Shown piece after piece: positions 13,950 to 24,942 of a DNA stretch of 64,000 nucleotides (positions are counted from its first letter, which is position 1; each line of letters begins with the position of its first letter). The stretch comes from Pavona decussata. Lineage: Eukaryota. Position numbers and translations under genes: made by a program. Under the pieces are notes generated by a model. That model searched no databases. It saw only the letters and a list, made by a program, of their open reading frames with translations, and was not told where the DNA came from. Where the stretch lies: the NCBI GenBank assembly GCA_977016875.1, contig CDRNST010000010.1, forward strand, positions 3,286,001-3,350,000, written 5' to 3'.

Positions 13950-14459
13950 CAGGCGCGTAGGTAAGGGTTAGATAGGGGTGTTCGTTGAGCCCCAAATCTT
14001 GCTGAGTGCCGGAGGCGCTCTTACTAAGGGGGTCCGGGGGCTTGCTCCCCCGAAAATTTTTGAAAATCTAGCATTTTGAGACCCATTTTAGGCAAATCAC
14101 AAATTTGTTTTATAATTGTTTCAACTTAAACAAGAAAGTTCAATGTACATTCCGCACCCTGTCGAGTTCTGATAGCTATTCGATCTACTGATAGTCATAC
14201 ACCAAGCTGGTAAACTGCATCATTCTCGGGTGTAGGCCTTCGAACAAATTGACTATCTCGTCAAGATTGACAGGCATATCATATTTGATATGCATTTATT
14301 ATATTTACTTACTAGAACCAGGGCGGACATTCTACTCTCTCGCATGGTACACCTCATGTAGTTGTTCAACCTCCTCATTAAGTGCTTTTTCTTCCGCCAT
14401 TACTGATCTGTAAAGGGGGTTCGTTCGAACCCCTCGAACCCCCCCCTCCTACGCGCCTG
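13950..14459. mobile_element. Non-autonomous TIR element (MITE), hAT-like termini with 5-bp TSD
   Basis: CAGGCGCGTAGG...CCTACGCGCCTG termini; GTGGA duplicated at 13945-13949 and 14460-14464. Confidence 0.7.
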
Positions 14460-15260
14460 GTGGAATGCCGATTTGTCCAATCCCGGGCACTGGAAGTACA
14501 TGTCGCGAAAGACAATAGCATTCTGGGTTATGTCGATTTTTTTGAAACTCCCCGCATTTCTTCGAACCAAAAGTTGTTGAACTTGAATTTGCTTCCGTCA
14601 GATATTTACCCTTGATTTTTGGAACTCTCGAGTTTTTGAACCAAATTAAGTTTCCCTTGGAGGTGCGAAAAATCGGTTTTCCACTGTATATAGATATAAC
14701 ACGCTGTCATGTTACTTACCTTATAACATAGAGGGCAAAATTACTAAAAGCTGATTGGTCGAAACAGAGGGCATTTTTTTATTCATTTTCCTTTCACCGA
14801 GGGCAAAATTAGTTCCCCCTGATTGGTCGAGCGGCGAAAATGCTTGCTCCTAATTGGCTGAGCACGCCATTTCTACATTTAGTTGGTTTCATCATTTTGT
14901 GCCGCGACAACAACGACTTCTTTCAGGTTCTTTGGAGTTTGACTTTTTAAGCCGGATTGTTTGTGCCAAAAATACTTGGAAATCAAGTGCATGCTACAGC
15001 TACAAAGGAAATTCCTAAAGGTGAACTTTCGTTACTTACAAGAAACAACATGACATTACTTGTGTCAAAAGCTAAGAAAACTTGATCGGATTTGTTTGGT
15101 TGAAAAACTGAAATAAATCATTCATGGCCGCTACCAAGTGCTTTCACCTCGCTACGGCTTCTTCCAACGAACGAAAACCGAACAATAATAACAGTGCCCT
15201 TTTGGTGGGAGGAAGGAGGCTTCAGCACCCGCGTTCGATACCTGATAAATTCATTTGAAT

Positions 15261-15262
15261 AA

Positions 15263-15293
<31 letters not shown>
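15261..15293. repeat. (TAAA)n microsatellite
   Basis: About 8 units. Confidence 0.9.
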
Positions 15294-16552
15294 CTTTAAT
15301 AGTAACATCCTCGTGAGGTTTTTCAGGAACTATTTACAAACTATTTCCAATTTATAAAAGCAAAAATGACAATAAAAACTCGAAATCACAATTTATGCTG
15401 GTATTTTACTAAAATTTAAAGCTTAATAATAATGGTCTTCCTGTAATTCAACTCCAGTGTCCACTTTTGTGTACTTGAAACCAAGGTTATATGGAAACCC
15501 TAAAGTAATGTGGAAATCAAACTACAGGCTATGAAGTCCTCTGCCTTTCCTTTTAAAGTACGTGACCATGCTTTGTCTTGATCGCTGTAAACTAAAACCA
15601 TAACTACAGTATGGAGTCTAGAAACGTAAGACATTTTATCTTACGACTCTTTGGCTCTTCGTTCTAACAAGAAATGTTATCAGTGAATAGTCTTTTCCTT
15701 ATTCGCCTTCTTTTATTCATTCCAAGAGATCATTCAAGTATTTTTGTTGAGCTCCTGACAATACTCTAGCACATTACGATATTAGCAGTCATCCCTTGAC
15801 GATTGCACTAGATTTTGATCAATTCTATGGTTTTGAGTTCCTACCTTTATCGTGGAAGCCGTCTCATTTCCTGCATCAATTGGCTTGTAGAGAGAAGTCG
15901 TCAAAACCCACACCAACAGAGACACTGTGCTGATTGTTCCAAACATTTTTTCCTTTCGTCAGCTAACAAACGAAATTGAGCTTTTTCTGCCAACACCGTC
16001 TGTCTGCTTGTGACGAAGAAGAAAGAAAATGCTACTTTGAAGAGACCAAAGCTCAACAGAAACGGCACTGTCGTCTTAGCGAGGAAGGAAGTGTATAACT
16101 GCGCTGTCAATATATTATTACTTCTAAGATTTCTGTCTTCAGGTTTATGATTGAAATGTGATCAGATTTTCCGCAGCCCAAGTGAAGCTCTTGTAGAGAT
16201 ACAGAAGGCAACTTGGGCGTGCAACAACAGATAGGCCTGGCAAGTGCTATGTTGACTATGTTAAATATACGACATTTGATTGCTTTACTGAACTGTAAAT
16301 ACTTGCTCTATCAAATAATGTTTCTCTGTTATTTGTTAACCCAAGTTGGCCTAAGATAAGGCTACGACCATCCATGTTGGGGCGACGGATCCGGAATGGG
16401 TTGACATGTGAGATAAACATGAGATACAACGAAATGGAGTCAAAGGACAAGACCCTCAAAGCGTCTTGTAAGAAACGCGGTAAGGTGATACCCTAAATAT
16501 AAAAGGACGTAAACATTTCGTCAAAGTATGTAAAAAGAATGTAATAAAAATA

Positions 16553-16557
16553 TTTAA

Positions 16558-16606
<49 letters not shown>

Positions 16607-17755
16607 CCGAGTTGGCTATAACTAATCTCATATCCAACAAGCGTGAATGGAATAATTGTTTTATTAAATTCTCCGCGTTTGGACATTGCTGTTGAAGTTT
16701 ACTGAATTTTTATATTTTAAGAAAAAATTTCTTTCAAATTAAAACGACCGGATGTTGAGGCAACCTCCGACCAAAGCGCGCGAAACCTAATGATCACATG
16801 ACACGCGCAGCTCTTTGCAAACGGAGTTGAATGAAAAATCAAAAGCGAAGAAAATCGGACACAGTCGGACATCTAAAATTCAAGAAACGTTTAATTGTAC
16901 GAATTATAACCTTTCTGAGACTAGCATTCAAGTGCTTTTGGAGTTCAAGCTCATCGAGAAGCGCAATAGTTGTGCACATTTGAGAAAATGTTCTGCTGTG
17001 TGGTGCCGAGCGAAGGAAGAGATCAGGGCAAGGACGGGTTTTTTCATGCTGAACTGAATTCCTCGCGGACGATTTAAAACACCTCTGGCAAATCCAAGTG
17101 TACGAGGTACAACCTTACTGAGACAAGCATTCAGTGCAAGTTTTTAAACTTCAAGCTTATTTGAGAAGCGTAAGAGCTGTGCACATTAGTGCAAATGTTT
17201 TGCTGAGTGGTGCCGAGCGACGGAAACGAACATGATGGCCGCCGCTCGTACGGATTTCATAGATGAATCATCTGAAGTCCTCGTAAATTCGTAAAAACAT
17301 AAAGGCAGGCATCGAGCTCTTCCTGAGAAATTTCTTCGATTGGTTTTAACCTCTTACCGCCAGGATTTGCAAGCCATCCTGAAATTTTTGAAGGTAACCG
17401 GTTGTTTATATTATTGTTGTTATGTGATCTAAAAAATCGTAAAATCTTGCAATTTTGAAGATTTTAAAGGAAACTTCAGAGATACGTACCATTAAATAGT
17501 GTCATACCGAACTTTGTGGCTTTTCTTGTTGTTATATTGAGATGGCATTGTTTGGAATTTCTTTCTTTTCCTTTTTTTTCTACATTTTTTCCGAAGAACC
17601 TTTTGCTTCCCGCCGAAAAAAAAAATTAGCTTAGCGACACCTGAAGCATTCGTTTTCCATATAAGGTCAAACTACGGTATATGAGCTGATAACCGAGATT
17701 TAGTGAACCAATCAGAACGCTAGAAATGCAATATCCGAGGCTGATAATTTAATAA
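16553..17755. mobile_element. ~1.2-kb non-coding insertion with a terminal long palindrome and an internal duplication (possibly Crypton-like non-autonomous element)
   Basis: Absent from the paralogous segment at ~10150-10235, where both flanks are contiguous. ~105-bp imperfect hairpin at 16556-16660; duplicated block at ~16920-17020 and ~17120-17225. Confidence 0.6.
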
Positions 17756-19525
17756 GTAAAGATAGCCATGCATGCGTTACTTGTAAGTGCATTCCATTTA
17801 TTTGTTAAAGTGCTTCATCATAATTTTGACCAATTTTAGCACAGTCTTGACTAAAAGCCAACACAATCTCAGAATGGGAATTGATAAAATTAGAAAATGA
17901 CCAGACCATTGTGCATCTTAGCCAGGTGATGACGAGCAAACGCGGAGTATGTGTTCCAAAGCACACTGTTCAGTTGAGACATTCAGCACAATACAGGTCT
18001 ACCACATTAACTTAATATCGCTACTTTTTCCTAACAAACATACAAACAAACAAACAAACAAACAAACACCTCCCAAACTTCACTTACAAATTATCAGCAA
18101 AACAACGACAGAGTTTGGAAGAATTGCGAAGTCGAAGCGAAACTTCTTTCTCCTTGAAAATTTATTTTCTCTTCCAAAATCAAACGGGAATATTAAATGG
18201 CAATGAGAACAAGTTCTTCGCGGTCATTAATTTGTCATTTCTGCTTATGAGCGGGCGTTTGGGGACGAAGTAGACCAAATTAAAAACTCTCAAAGCCCTT
18301 AAGATCCAGCTTCTCTTTAAGTTGCATATGAAGAGAAGCATATAATTTTCCAACAGAGAAACCACTTCTAAGATGGTAAGGTTTGATTAACCCATCGCTT
18401 GTGTTCACTTCAGCACACACCCTTACAGCCTTTTTGTTCGATCCTTCCGCCATATTCGTATTTAGGGTCATCGAAAACCATTAAAGGTTAAATCCATTTC
18501 CAAAAGATCTTCAAGAATATAAATCTAGGGAATTAGAATCTTTTTGGGTACCACTGAAGCAACAGGTGATCATGGGTCAATTTACAAATATCCTTATAAC
18601 TAGTGAATCATTAAGATGTTTTAATTTTAATTCAATTGAATTGAATCTATCTTCAGTTTGTATAACTATCAGGTTATAACTAAAACGTTCGAAATAAAAA
18701 GAATGTGATTCTATGAAAAAGAATAGGCTATAGTCATCAACTGACTATGCAGAGGAGATAGACTAGAACGGAACAACAAACCCAACGAACACGGATCAGG
18801 AACGTCCTAAAAGAGAAACACCCTTGGTTTTGTGCCCCGGCTCTAAAGCCTGGTTCATACTCGTGCGATAAGCGCAGGCACAAGTGTAAGAAAAATCACT
18901 TGTGGATCGGTGTGGGATAAGCAAGAGCACAAAGATAGATAAGATTTTCAGTTTTGTTTTTCTGATGCTTATTTCAGGGATGCTTGTGCTTTTTCTTTAC
19001 AAGTGTGAACCGGTGTGAGATACGATGTTAGTCAATAGATATAAAAAATGTTTAAATCTGGGTAAAATATGTAATAATCGAATGATAATTGCCAATGCGG
19101 AAGAATGTTAAGTTTATCTTACCGTTTTGAACAAAACAATGCAAAGTTAACCTAGTGATTGGAATTGCTAAAGAATGCTGACAGTCTTTGTTTCGTTTCT
19201 AGTAATCAAGGAATTCGATAAGAGCAAAAGAAACATCATCAACAACAACAACCACAACAACAACAATAACAACAATAAACAAACAGAAAACAAAAACAAA
19301 GAAAGAGTAAAAATGAACGACAAGCTGAATAATTAAAGAAATGTTTATTAAATCTTAAAGAACACCGCGTACGATGGCCTCCCGTTTAACATGACGGTTG
19401 TGAAACAGCTAACCCACGCTTAAAAAACCTTTCAGTTTACTGATAACGATATGAAAACTATAAGCACCCACGTATAATGCTTCTAGTCAGTTCTAAAAAA
19501 AAAACTGTTGCATGTTCCTGCCTTC

Positions 19526-20378
19526 CTACTGGGAACGAGGGACTTCTTCAATAATTAAACGAGACACCGACATCCAGCCTGTATGGCCATTAGAGTTTCC
19601 ATATCCAGCACAGTTGCCAATGTTGATTGCCACACGAATTTTCCCCTTGCGAATGTTGTCACAGTAGCCTTCTATTACCCCCGGTCTGTGGTTGTCTTCA
19701 CCATTACTTCTGATCCACAGTGCTGCGTCAATAGGCATTGGACCGCTGCACTCCGCGCCATTGAAGGTAATGAACCATCGCTTACAGCAGCTGCCGCAAT
19801 CTCCCAAGTAGATGGTGCCTTGAAAAACAACGCGAAGAGCTGTGTCGTCCTTGTGTTTAGTAAACTGGCAATCCTGCAACAACAGAAACAACATGAAAAA
19901 CAACAATATATAACTTTCTATTGAGGCGCTTTGCAAGTTTGCAATTCAACCGTAAGCTATTTTACTGGTCTATTAGAGGAACTTTTGAAAAATTTAGTAC
20001 TTCCAAACTGCGGCACGTTCTCGTGCTGTTACCTAGGCCTTCAATGATGAAGACTAGACTCACCTTTATCAGGCCAATGTCCCTCCTGTCATGTTTTTTC
20101 CATGCACATTGCTTCCAATTCTTTTGAACAGTGTTTTTACCACTCGCTCCAGTCTCTCCCTTTCCACCACGTGGTCCGGGGCTACCTGCCACGCCCTTGT
20201 CTCCTTTAGCACCATCTCGGCCTACTTGTCCCTTAAAACCACGTGGCCCAGGGGGACCTGCCACGCCCTGTAGTCCTTTGGCCCCATCACGTCCGTCGCG
20301 GCCTGGTAACCCGTTATTTCCGTTCACACCATTCCTTCCAGGAAGGCCGGGTGATCCAAGCGGGCAGATGTTGGGGTT
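19526..20378 (-). CDS. CTHRC1-like copy B, exons 2 (20378-20064) and 3 (19873-19526)
   Basis: 25 Gly-X-Y triplets, then NWKQCAW and the CTHRC1 C-terminal domain; phase-0 GT-AG introns; with exon 1 gives an intact 253-aa ORF. Confidence 0.9.
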
Positions 20379-21202
20379 CTGTTTAAAAAATTTCAATAAA
20401 ATCAGAAATTACTTGCCAAAAATTACCATGAAATTTGAAAGAGAATTAACAATGTAGTTCTTTACTCTCTCGACCAAGGACGGATTATAAATAAAGAGGT
20501 TTATGTCGTATTATCTTGCGCTTGTGAAAACTACTCGTAAAGGGGGTAGGGATACAAAGCTTTTAAAATAGTTTTAGTGAAACCACTCCTCACTCCCCGC
20601 CCTTCCCATCAACAGCCTAAAGAAGAAAATAAACAAACCAACAAACAAAACCGAATGAAACTTAAAGACTAAATCTTTCGTAGGTCTGGTTCAGATAATC
20701 TACATTGTGCTTTTATATGATTAGCTAAATTTGAAGTAAAAAAACACCAGGAAGCAACTCGTACGAAGAAGAAAATTTTTCATGACAAGGAAATAAACAG
20801 ATTTTAGTATATTTCATTTTAACTGTGAACGGAAAATTAGCAACTAAGCTATTGGCTGTTCGGAATGACTGTGCTTACAAGAATTTCTGCAATATACGTG
20901 CTTTAGAAACATTTCAGTTTGCAAACAGCAACATACTGGCAAAATATTAAGATCGAATCTCTTCTCTATTCGAAATAAGAACAAGACAGTGATAAACCTT
21001 TAGGAGTCTAGAAAGATAGTTTTTCTTTTCACGAAACCGTTTTATTGATACAAACGCTCCAATTTATGCTGTGCTTTTCATGTTCCCCTAACACCGCCAA
21101 CGCAGTTGAAACATTACAATTCATTACAAGTATTGCGTTCAGGGTCGATTGCACTAAACAGGATTACGACAAATCCAGCTCGTTTTAGATAAATCTTACC
21201 TT

Positions 21203-21809
21203 AGTAGTGAGGGGGGGATGTTTTTGTCCGGATTTTCGCGGGGGAATCTCATTAATACGCGGGGGCATAAATTAACGACGATGACGTCACCGCCCATTGT
21301 CTTGATCACGCATTATAGGATGACGTCATATTTAAGTTTAGTCTTACCAACAGGTTATGAACTGGTTTGACAGGTTGATCAATGATGTCATGCTCTGTTT
21401 TTAACGCGGTGGTTTCTCATTAATACGCGGTGGCATAAATTAACGACGATGACGTCACCGCCTATTGTCTTGATTACTCATTATAGGATGACGTCATATT
21501 TTATTTTAGTCTTACCAACAGGTTATGAACTGGTTTGACAGGTTGATCAATGATGTCATGCTCTATTTTTAACTCATTCTAGGATGACGTCATATTTAAG
21601 TTTAGTCTTACGAACAGGTTATGAACTGGTTTGACAGGTTGATCAATGATGTCATGCTCTATTTTTAACTTATGGCAGTCATGGGCGGTATCACCGGTTT
21701 GACAGGTTTTTGAAGTTATTTTTGGATACATGATGTCATAGCCTATAGCCATTGTCCTTAAGTGTATAAAAACGCAATAGCGGCCAAGTGCATCATTCAC
21801 AAATTGTGA
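21203..21809 (+). repeat. Polinton left TIR (607 bp) with internal tandem subrepeats
   Basis: Reverse complement of 35083-35689; I noticed one mismatch (21790 vs 35102). A ~88-bp unit occurs three times and a ~60-bp unit twice. Confidence 0.95.
21765..21798 (+). promoter_or_regulatory. Inward-facing TATA+Inr promoter in the TIR (mirror copy at 35127-35094 on the minus strand)
   Basis: TATAAAAA at 21765; Inr-like TCATTC with its A 30 nt downstream; followed by ATG 21809 (left) and pPolB ATG 35067 (right). Confidence 0.65.
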
Positions 21810-22447
21810 TGGTTCCAAACGTTCAAGTCGATTTGACTCCTAAACCCCTCCTGACAGTAGACGAAGTGCAACAAATTCAAAGGCAGAAGATAGCAAGTCT
21901 TGTTGGGCATGTGTTCCAGCTAACGTATGCCGCCATGCTAGACGCAATGATTGAAGAAGAAAAAATAAATCGTTGCAATGGTTGTGCTATCAACCACCCG
22001 AGTCAAAGACAACACTCTTGTCTTATGATGGATAGTGAAGATGGCTGGTTCTACTACCACGATGATGTTAGAGATAAAATCAACTTGAATGAGGTACTAA
22101 AAGCAGCTGACAGCATTTGCAGTGTGCTTGGTTTCAAGCTGGGAAAATCGTGGGAAGCCTACGTTTCCGAACTACCAAAGCTGCCTTGGACCAGCGTGTA
22201 CCTCACTTCCCTTGAGTTGGATAGCTTTGGTGAGCTTGTGCAATCGAAACAGCTACAAGAGCGCATTCTACATGCTCTTTACTATGGTCCCTGTGGAGAA
22301 GAGAGTAATGCTGTGAAAACTTGTGATGAGGATATGAAAGTTGACCTAATAGAAGTAAAATGTCCCGGGAATGTTGTTAGAAAAGAAGAAGAACTGATGG
22401 AACTTGATTATGTGATTAATGAAATTAAAACTAAAGTCTGTTTCTGA
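21809..22447 (+). CDS. Polinton accessory protein with a Cys/His motif (CNGC-x3-HPSQ-x2-HSC)
   Basis: ~212-aa ORF directly after the TIR promoter, followed by AATAAA near 22451. Confidence 0.75.
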   Translation: MVPNVQVDLTPKPLLTVDEVQQIQRQKIASLVGHVFQLTYAAMLDAMIEEEKINRCNGCAINHPSQRQHSCLMMDSEDGWFYYHDDVRDKINLNEVLKAADSICSVLGFKLGKSWEAYVSELPKLPWTSVYLTSLELDSFGELVQSKQLQERILHALYYGPCGEESNAVKTCDEDMKVDLIEVKCPGNVVRKEEELMELDYVINEIKTKVCF

Positions 22448-22510
22448 AATAATAAATGTGCACATTAGATAATTCTGAGTCAGTTTGTGTTTGTCATTAT
22501 TCGACTAAAC

Positions 22511-22795
22511 ATGGGTTTAACCCTCTCTAGGCTTGAAATCCAGTTTTGCGTCTACCGCCTTATAGCGAGAAAAGTGGTTACACCATCAAGTGAAATAACT
22601 TCACTTAAAGGAAAATTCTCTGATGTACAAGGACCGATGCTCGACAAGTTAAAGAATCTACATTCAGAAGTCTTCACAGAAGTTAACTGGGGGAGATTAT
22701 TGCTTTTCTTAAATTTTGTGGAACAAATTGGGTTAACCGAGGAGGAATGGAAAGAAGTCTATGATATCCTAGTTCCCACGCTCTCTCAGCTATAA
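22511..22795 (+). CDS. Small Bcl-2-like protein (BH1 NWGR motif), 94 aa
   Basis: EVFTEVNWGRLLLFLNF resembles the Bcl-2 BH1 consensus ELFxDGxNWGRIVAFFxF. Confidence 0.6.
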   Translation: MGLTLSRLEIQFCVYRLIARKVVTPSSEITSLKGKFSDVQGPMLDKLKNLHSEVFTEVNWGRLLLFLNFVEQIGLTEEEWKEVYDILVPTLSQL

Positions 22796-22866
22796 GGATA
22801 GTTATATAAGTGAAGGCATGTAATGAACAATTATAACGACTTCAACCGTGAAGGTAGACGTTGGTG

Positions 22867-23085
22867 ATGGGCTGTTGTCCGCCTTCGCCCTCTTTTGGAT
22901 TCGAAAGAATCTTTAACCGCATTCGCTGCGTATTAGCTTGCTGTGGTGGTAAAGTAATTGTCCAAAACTCTGAATTTTGCGATGGAGGAAAAGTTAGCAA
23001 GTATTTACCTCGACCCAAGTCAACCCGCAAGTTTCGGTGGTTTAGATGCTGTCTACAGAGCGGTCAAAGAAGAGGGAAACGGTAA
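22867..23085 (+). CDS. Putative small Cys-rich basic protein (MGCC N-terminus) overlapping the integrase 5' end
   Basis: 72-aa ORF ~60 nt after TATATAA (22803); possible myristoylation/palmitoylation start. Confidence 0.35.
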   Translation: MGCCPPSPSFGFERIFNRIRCVLACCGGKVIVQNSEFCDGGKVSKYLPRPKSTRKFRWFRCCLQSGQRRGKR

Positions 23086-24055
23086 AATTTCTCGCAAACA
23101 AGTACAAGATTGGTTGAGTCAACAAGATGTTTACACGCTTCATAAACCCGCCCGCAGACATTACAAAAGAAGTCGAGTGATTGTCTCTGGTATAGATGCT
23201 CAATATCAAGCAGATCTGGTCGATGTTCAAAGTCTGAGTCGATATAACAAAGGTTTCAAATACCTCCTGACCTGTATAGATATTTTCAGTAAGTACGCTT
23301 GGGTGGTGCCTTTAAAGACGAAACAGGGACAAGAACTAGTCAAAGCTTTTAAGACGATTCTATCATCTAGTCGTAAACCACTCAAGCTGCAAACAGATCA
23401 AGGAACTGAATTTCTCAATCGCGTGTTCCAGAAGTTCTTGCGTAATAATGACATCGATTTCTTTACAGTTAACTCAGGACTTAAAGCATCGGTTGTCGAG
23501 CGATTTAACAGAACATTTAAAAACAAGATGTACAAATATTTCACTTATAAAAACACTTTATCATACATCAATGTTCTCCCGAAACTGATTAAGTCTTATA
23601 ATAACACTTATCACCGTAGTATTAAAATGAAACCTACTCAAGTTACTAAGGCGAACGAGGCTAAAGTGTGGCATACGCTTTACGGTGATAATACACAGAA
23701 GCGTGTTCGTTTCAAATTTCAAGTGGGAGATCGTGTGAGGATTAGTAAAGTGAAGCGAATATTTCAAAAATCATATCTCCCAAACTTCACAGAAGAATTA
23801 TTTTCTGTGTACAAACGATTTCCACGTCAAGTACCGGTCTATAAGCTTAAAGACGACGCGAATGAAATCTTAGAAGGAACATTTTATGAAGCAGAATTGC
23901 AAAAAGTAATTAAGAATGATGAAATATATCGGGTAGAAAACGTTTTGCGTAAGAGAAAGCGTAACGGTAAAGTAGAATATCTTGTGAAATGGAAAGGCTA
24001 TGAAGACCCTAAATTTAACTCTTGGGTTCCTGAAAGTGATCTAACAAAATTGTAA
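22982..24055 (+). CDS. Retroviral-like (rve) DDE integrase with C-terminal chromodomain
   Basis: YQADLVD, LQTDQGTEF and VVERFNRTFK catalytic motifs; FQVGDRVRISK; chromodomain YRVENVL...EYLVKWKGY...NSWVPE. Confidence 0.95.
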   Translation: MEEKLASIYLDPSQPASFGGLDAVYRAVKEEGNGKISRKQVQDWLSQQDVYTLHKPARRHYKRSRVIVSGIDAQYQADLVDVQSLSRYNKGFKYLLTCIDIFSKYAWVVPLKTKQGQELVKAFKTILSSSRKPLKLQTDQGTEFLNRVFQKFLRNNDIDFFTVNSGLKASVVERFNRTFKNKMYKYFTYKNTLSYINVLPKLIKSYNNTYHRSIKMKPTQVTKANEAKVWHTLYGDNTQKRVRFKFQVGDRVRISKVKRIFQKSYLPNFTEELFSVYKRFPRQVPVYKLKDDANEILEGTFYEAELQKVIKNDEIYRVENVLRKRKRNGKVEYLVKWKGYEDPKFNSWVPESDLTKL

Positions 24056-24174
24056 TTAAGGTTTTTATGAGTGCATTTAATAAAAATAACTTTAAAATGA
24101 TCAAAGTGTGATTGAGTGAACTATTATAAATTAAGATCCCCCTTTAGAAAGTGATCATTTGATTACTAGAAGGC

Positions 24175-24939
24175 ATGGAAGCAACACAATTTTATCTGCA
24201 TCTTCCTAGTAATAGTAGTCTGAATAAATTCCCAAACAATACGCTAACCGAGTACCGAGTGGGATTACCCCAGACCATTAATTTGGAGGGGGACTGGGAA
24301 GTAGCCTTGACGGAGATTCATTATCCTCATAGCTGGAATAACGTGCAAGGAAATTTTCTGAATCGATTCCTTCTTCGCAATCGTGAGCTTCATGGAGTGT
24401 GGGAAACCTTGATAATTCCACTAGGTCACTATGCTTCAATTGATGCTGTTATTGCTAAGATGAACGAGTTGGTGGATAGTGAAAAGCGTTTCAAAGATGA
24501 TGTGAAATTCTCATACGATTCTCTGAGCCGAAAAGTCACTGTAAACTTACAAAATAACACAGAAATTGTTCTGGAAAATATTGGATACATGCTTGGCTTC
24601 CAATCTCCAACTCAAGTTATTTCAAAGACCACCACAGGTGAAAGAGAAGCGGATCTGGAACATGGTTTTCACGATCTATATATTTACTGCGACATTGTGA
24701 AGGGACAATATGTCGGAGATGCCCTTGTCCCCCTACTACGTATCGTTCCAGTAGAAGGCCTCGATGGTCAGTGGATTAGCAAGTCATTCTTACGCCCGCA
24801 ATACGTAGCTGTCAGCAGAAAGCAATTTGAAACAATCGAAGTTAATATAAGGCGCGATACAGGAGAATTAGTACCATTTGAGTTTGGGAGAGTATTGCTC
24901 ACACTTCATTTTCGTCAGAGTCAACCTCCGTTCTTTTAA
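24175..24939 (+). CDS. Polinton minor capsid protein (penton-like)
   Basis: FYLHLPSNSS...LPQTINLEGDWEVALTEIHYP and LYIYCDIV...VGD...PLLR motifs typical of Polinton mCP; TATAAA at 24125. Confidence 0.85.
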   Translation: MEATQFYLHLPSNSSLNKFPNNTLTEYRVGLPQTINLEGDWEVALTEIHYPHSWNNVQGNFLNRFLLRNRELHGVWETLIIPLGHYASIDAVIAKMNELVDSEKRFKDDVKFSYDSLSRKVTVNLQNNTEIVLENIGYMLGFQSPTQVISKTTTGEREADLEHGFHDLYIYCDIVKGQYVGDALVPLLRIVPVEGLDGQWISKSFLRPQYVAVSRKQFETIEVNIRRDTGELVPFEFGRVLLTLHFRQSQPPFF

Positions 24940-24942
24940 AGG

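Larger units (their letters stand above)
12129..15946 (-). pseudogene. CTHRC1-like copy A, frameshifted in exon 2
   Basis: Exons 15946-15845 (MFGTISTVSLLVWVLTTSLYKPIDAGNETASTIK|GTAGG), 12972-12686 and 12476-12129. Exon 2 is 287 nt versus 315 nt in paralogs: a +2 insertion near 12920-12922 gives an early TGA, and there is a 30-nt deletion. [21 protein letters not shown]...[12 protein letters not shown] signature present. Confidence 0.8.

Noticed and set aside
21247-21670. Repeated units in the Polinton TIR resembling a CRISPR array
   Set aside because: Long tandem subrepeats without unique spacers, no cas genes, eukaryotic context
21579-21818. 79-aa ORF in the TIR and its mirror at 35092-35313
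   Set aside because: Outward-facing, lies in repetitive TIR DNA, no motifs; duplicated only because of the TIR
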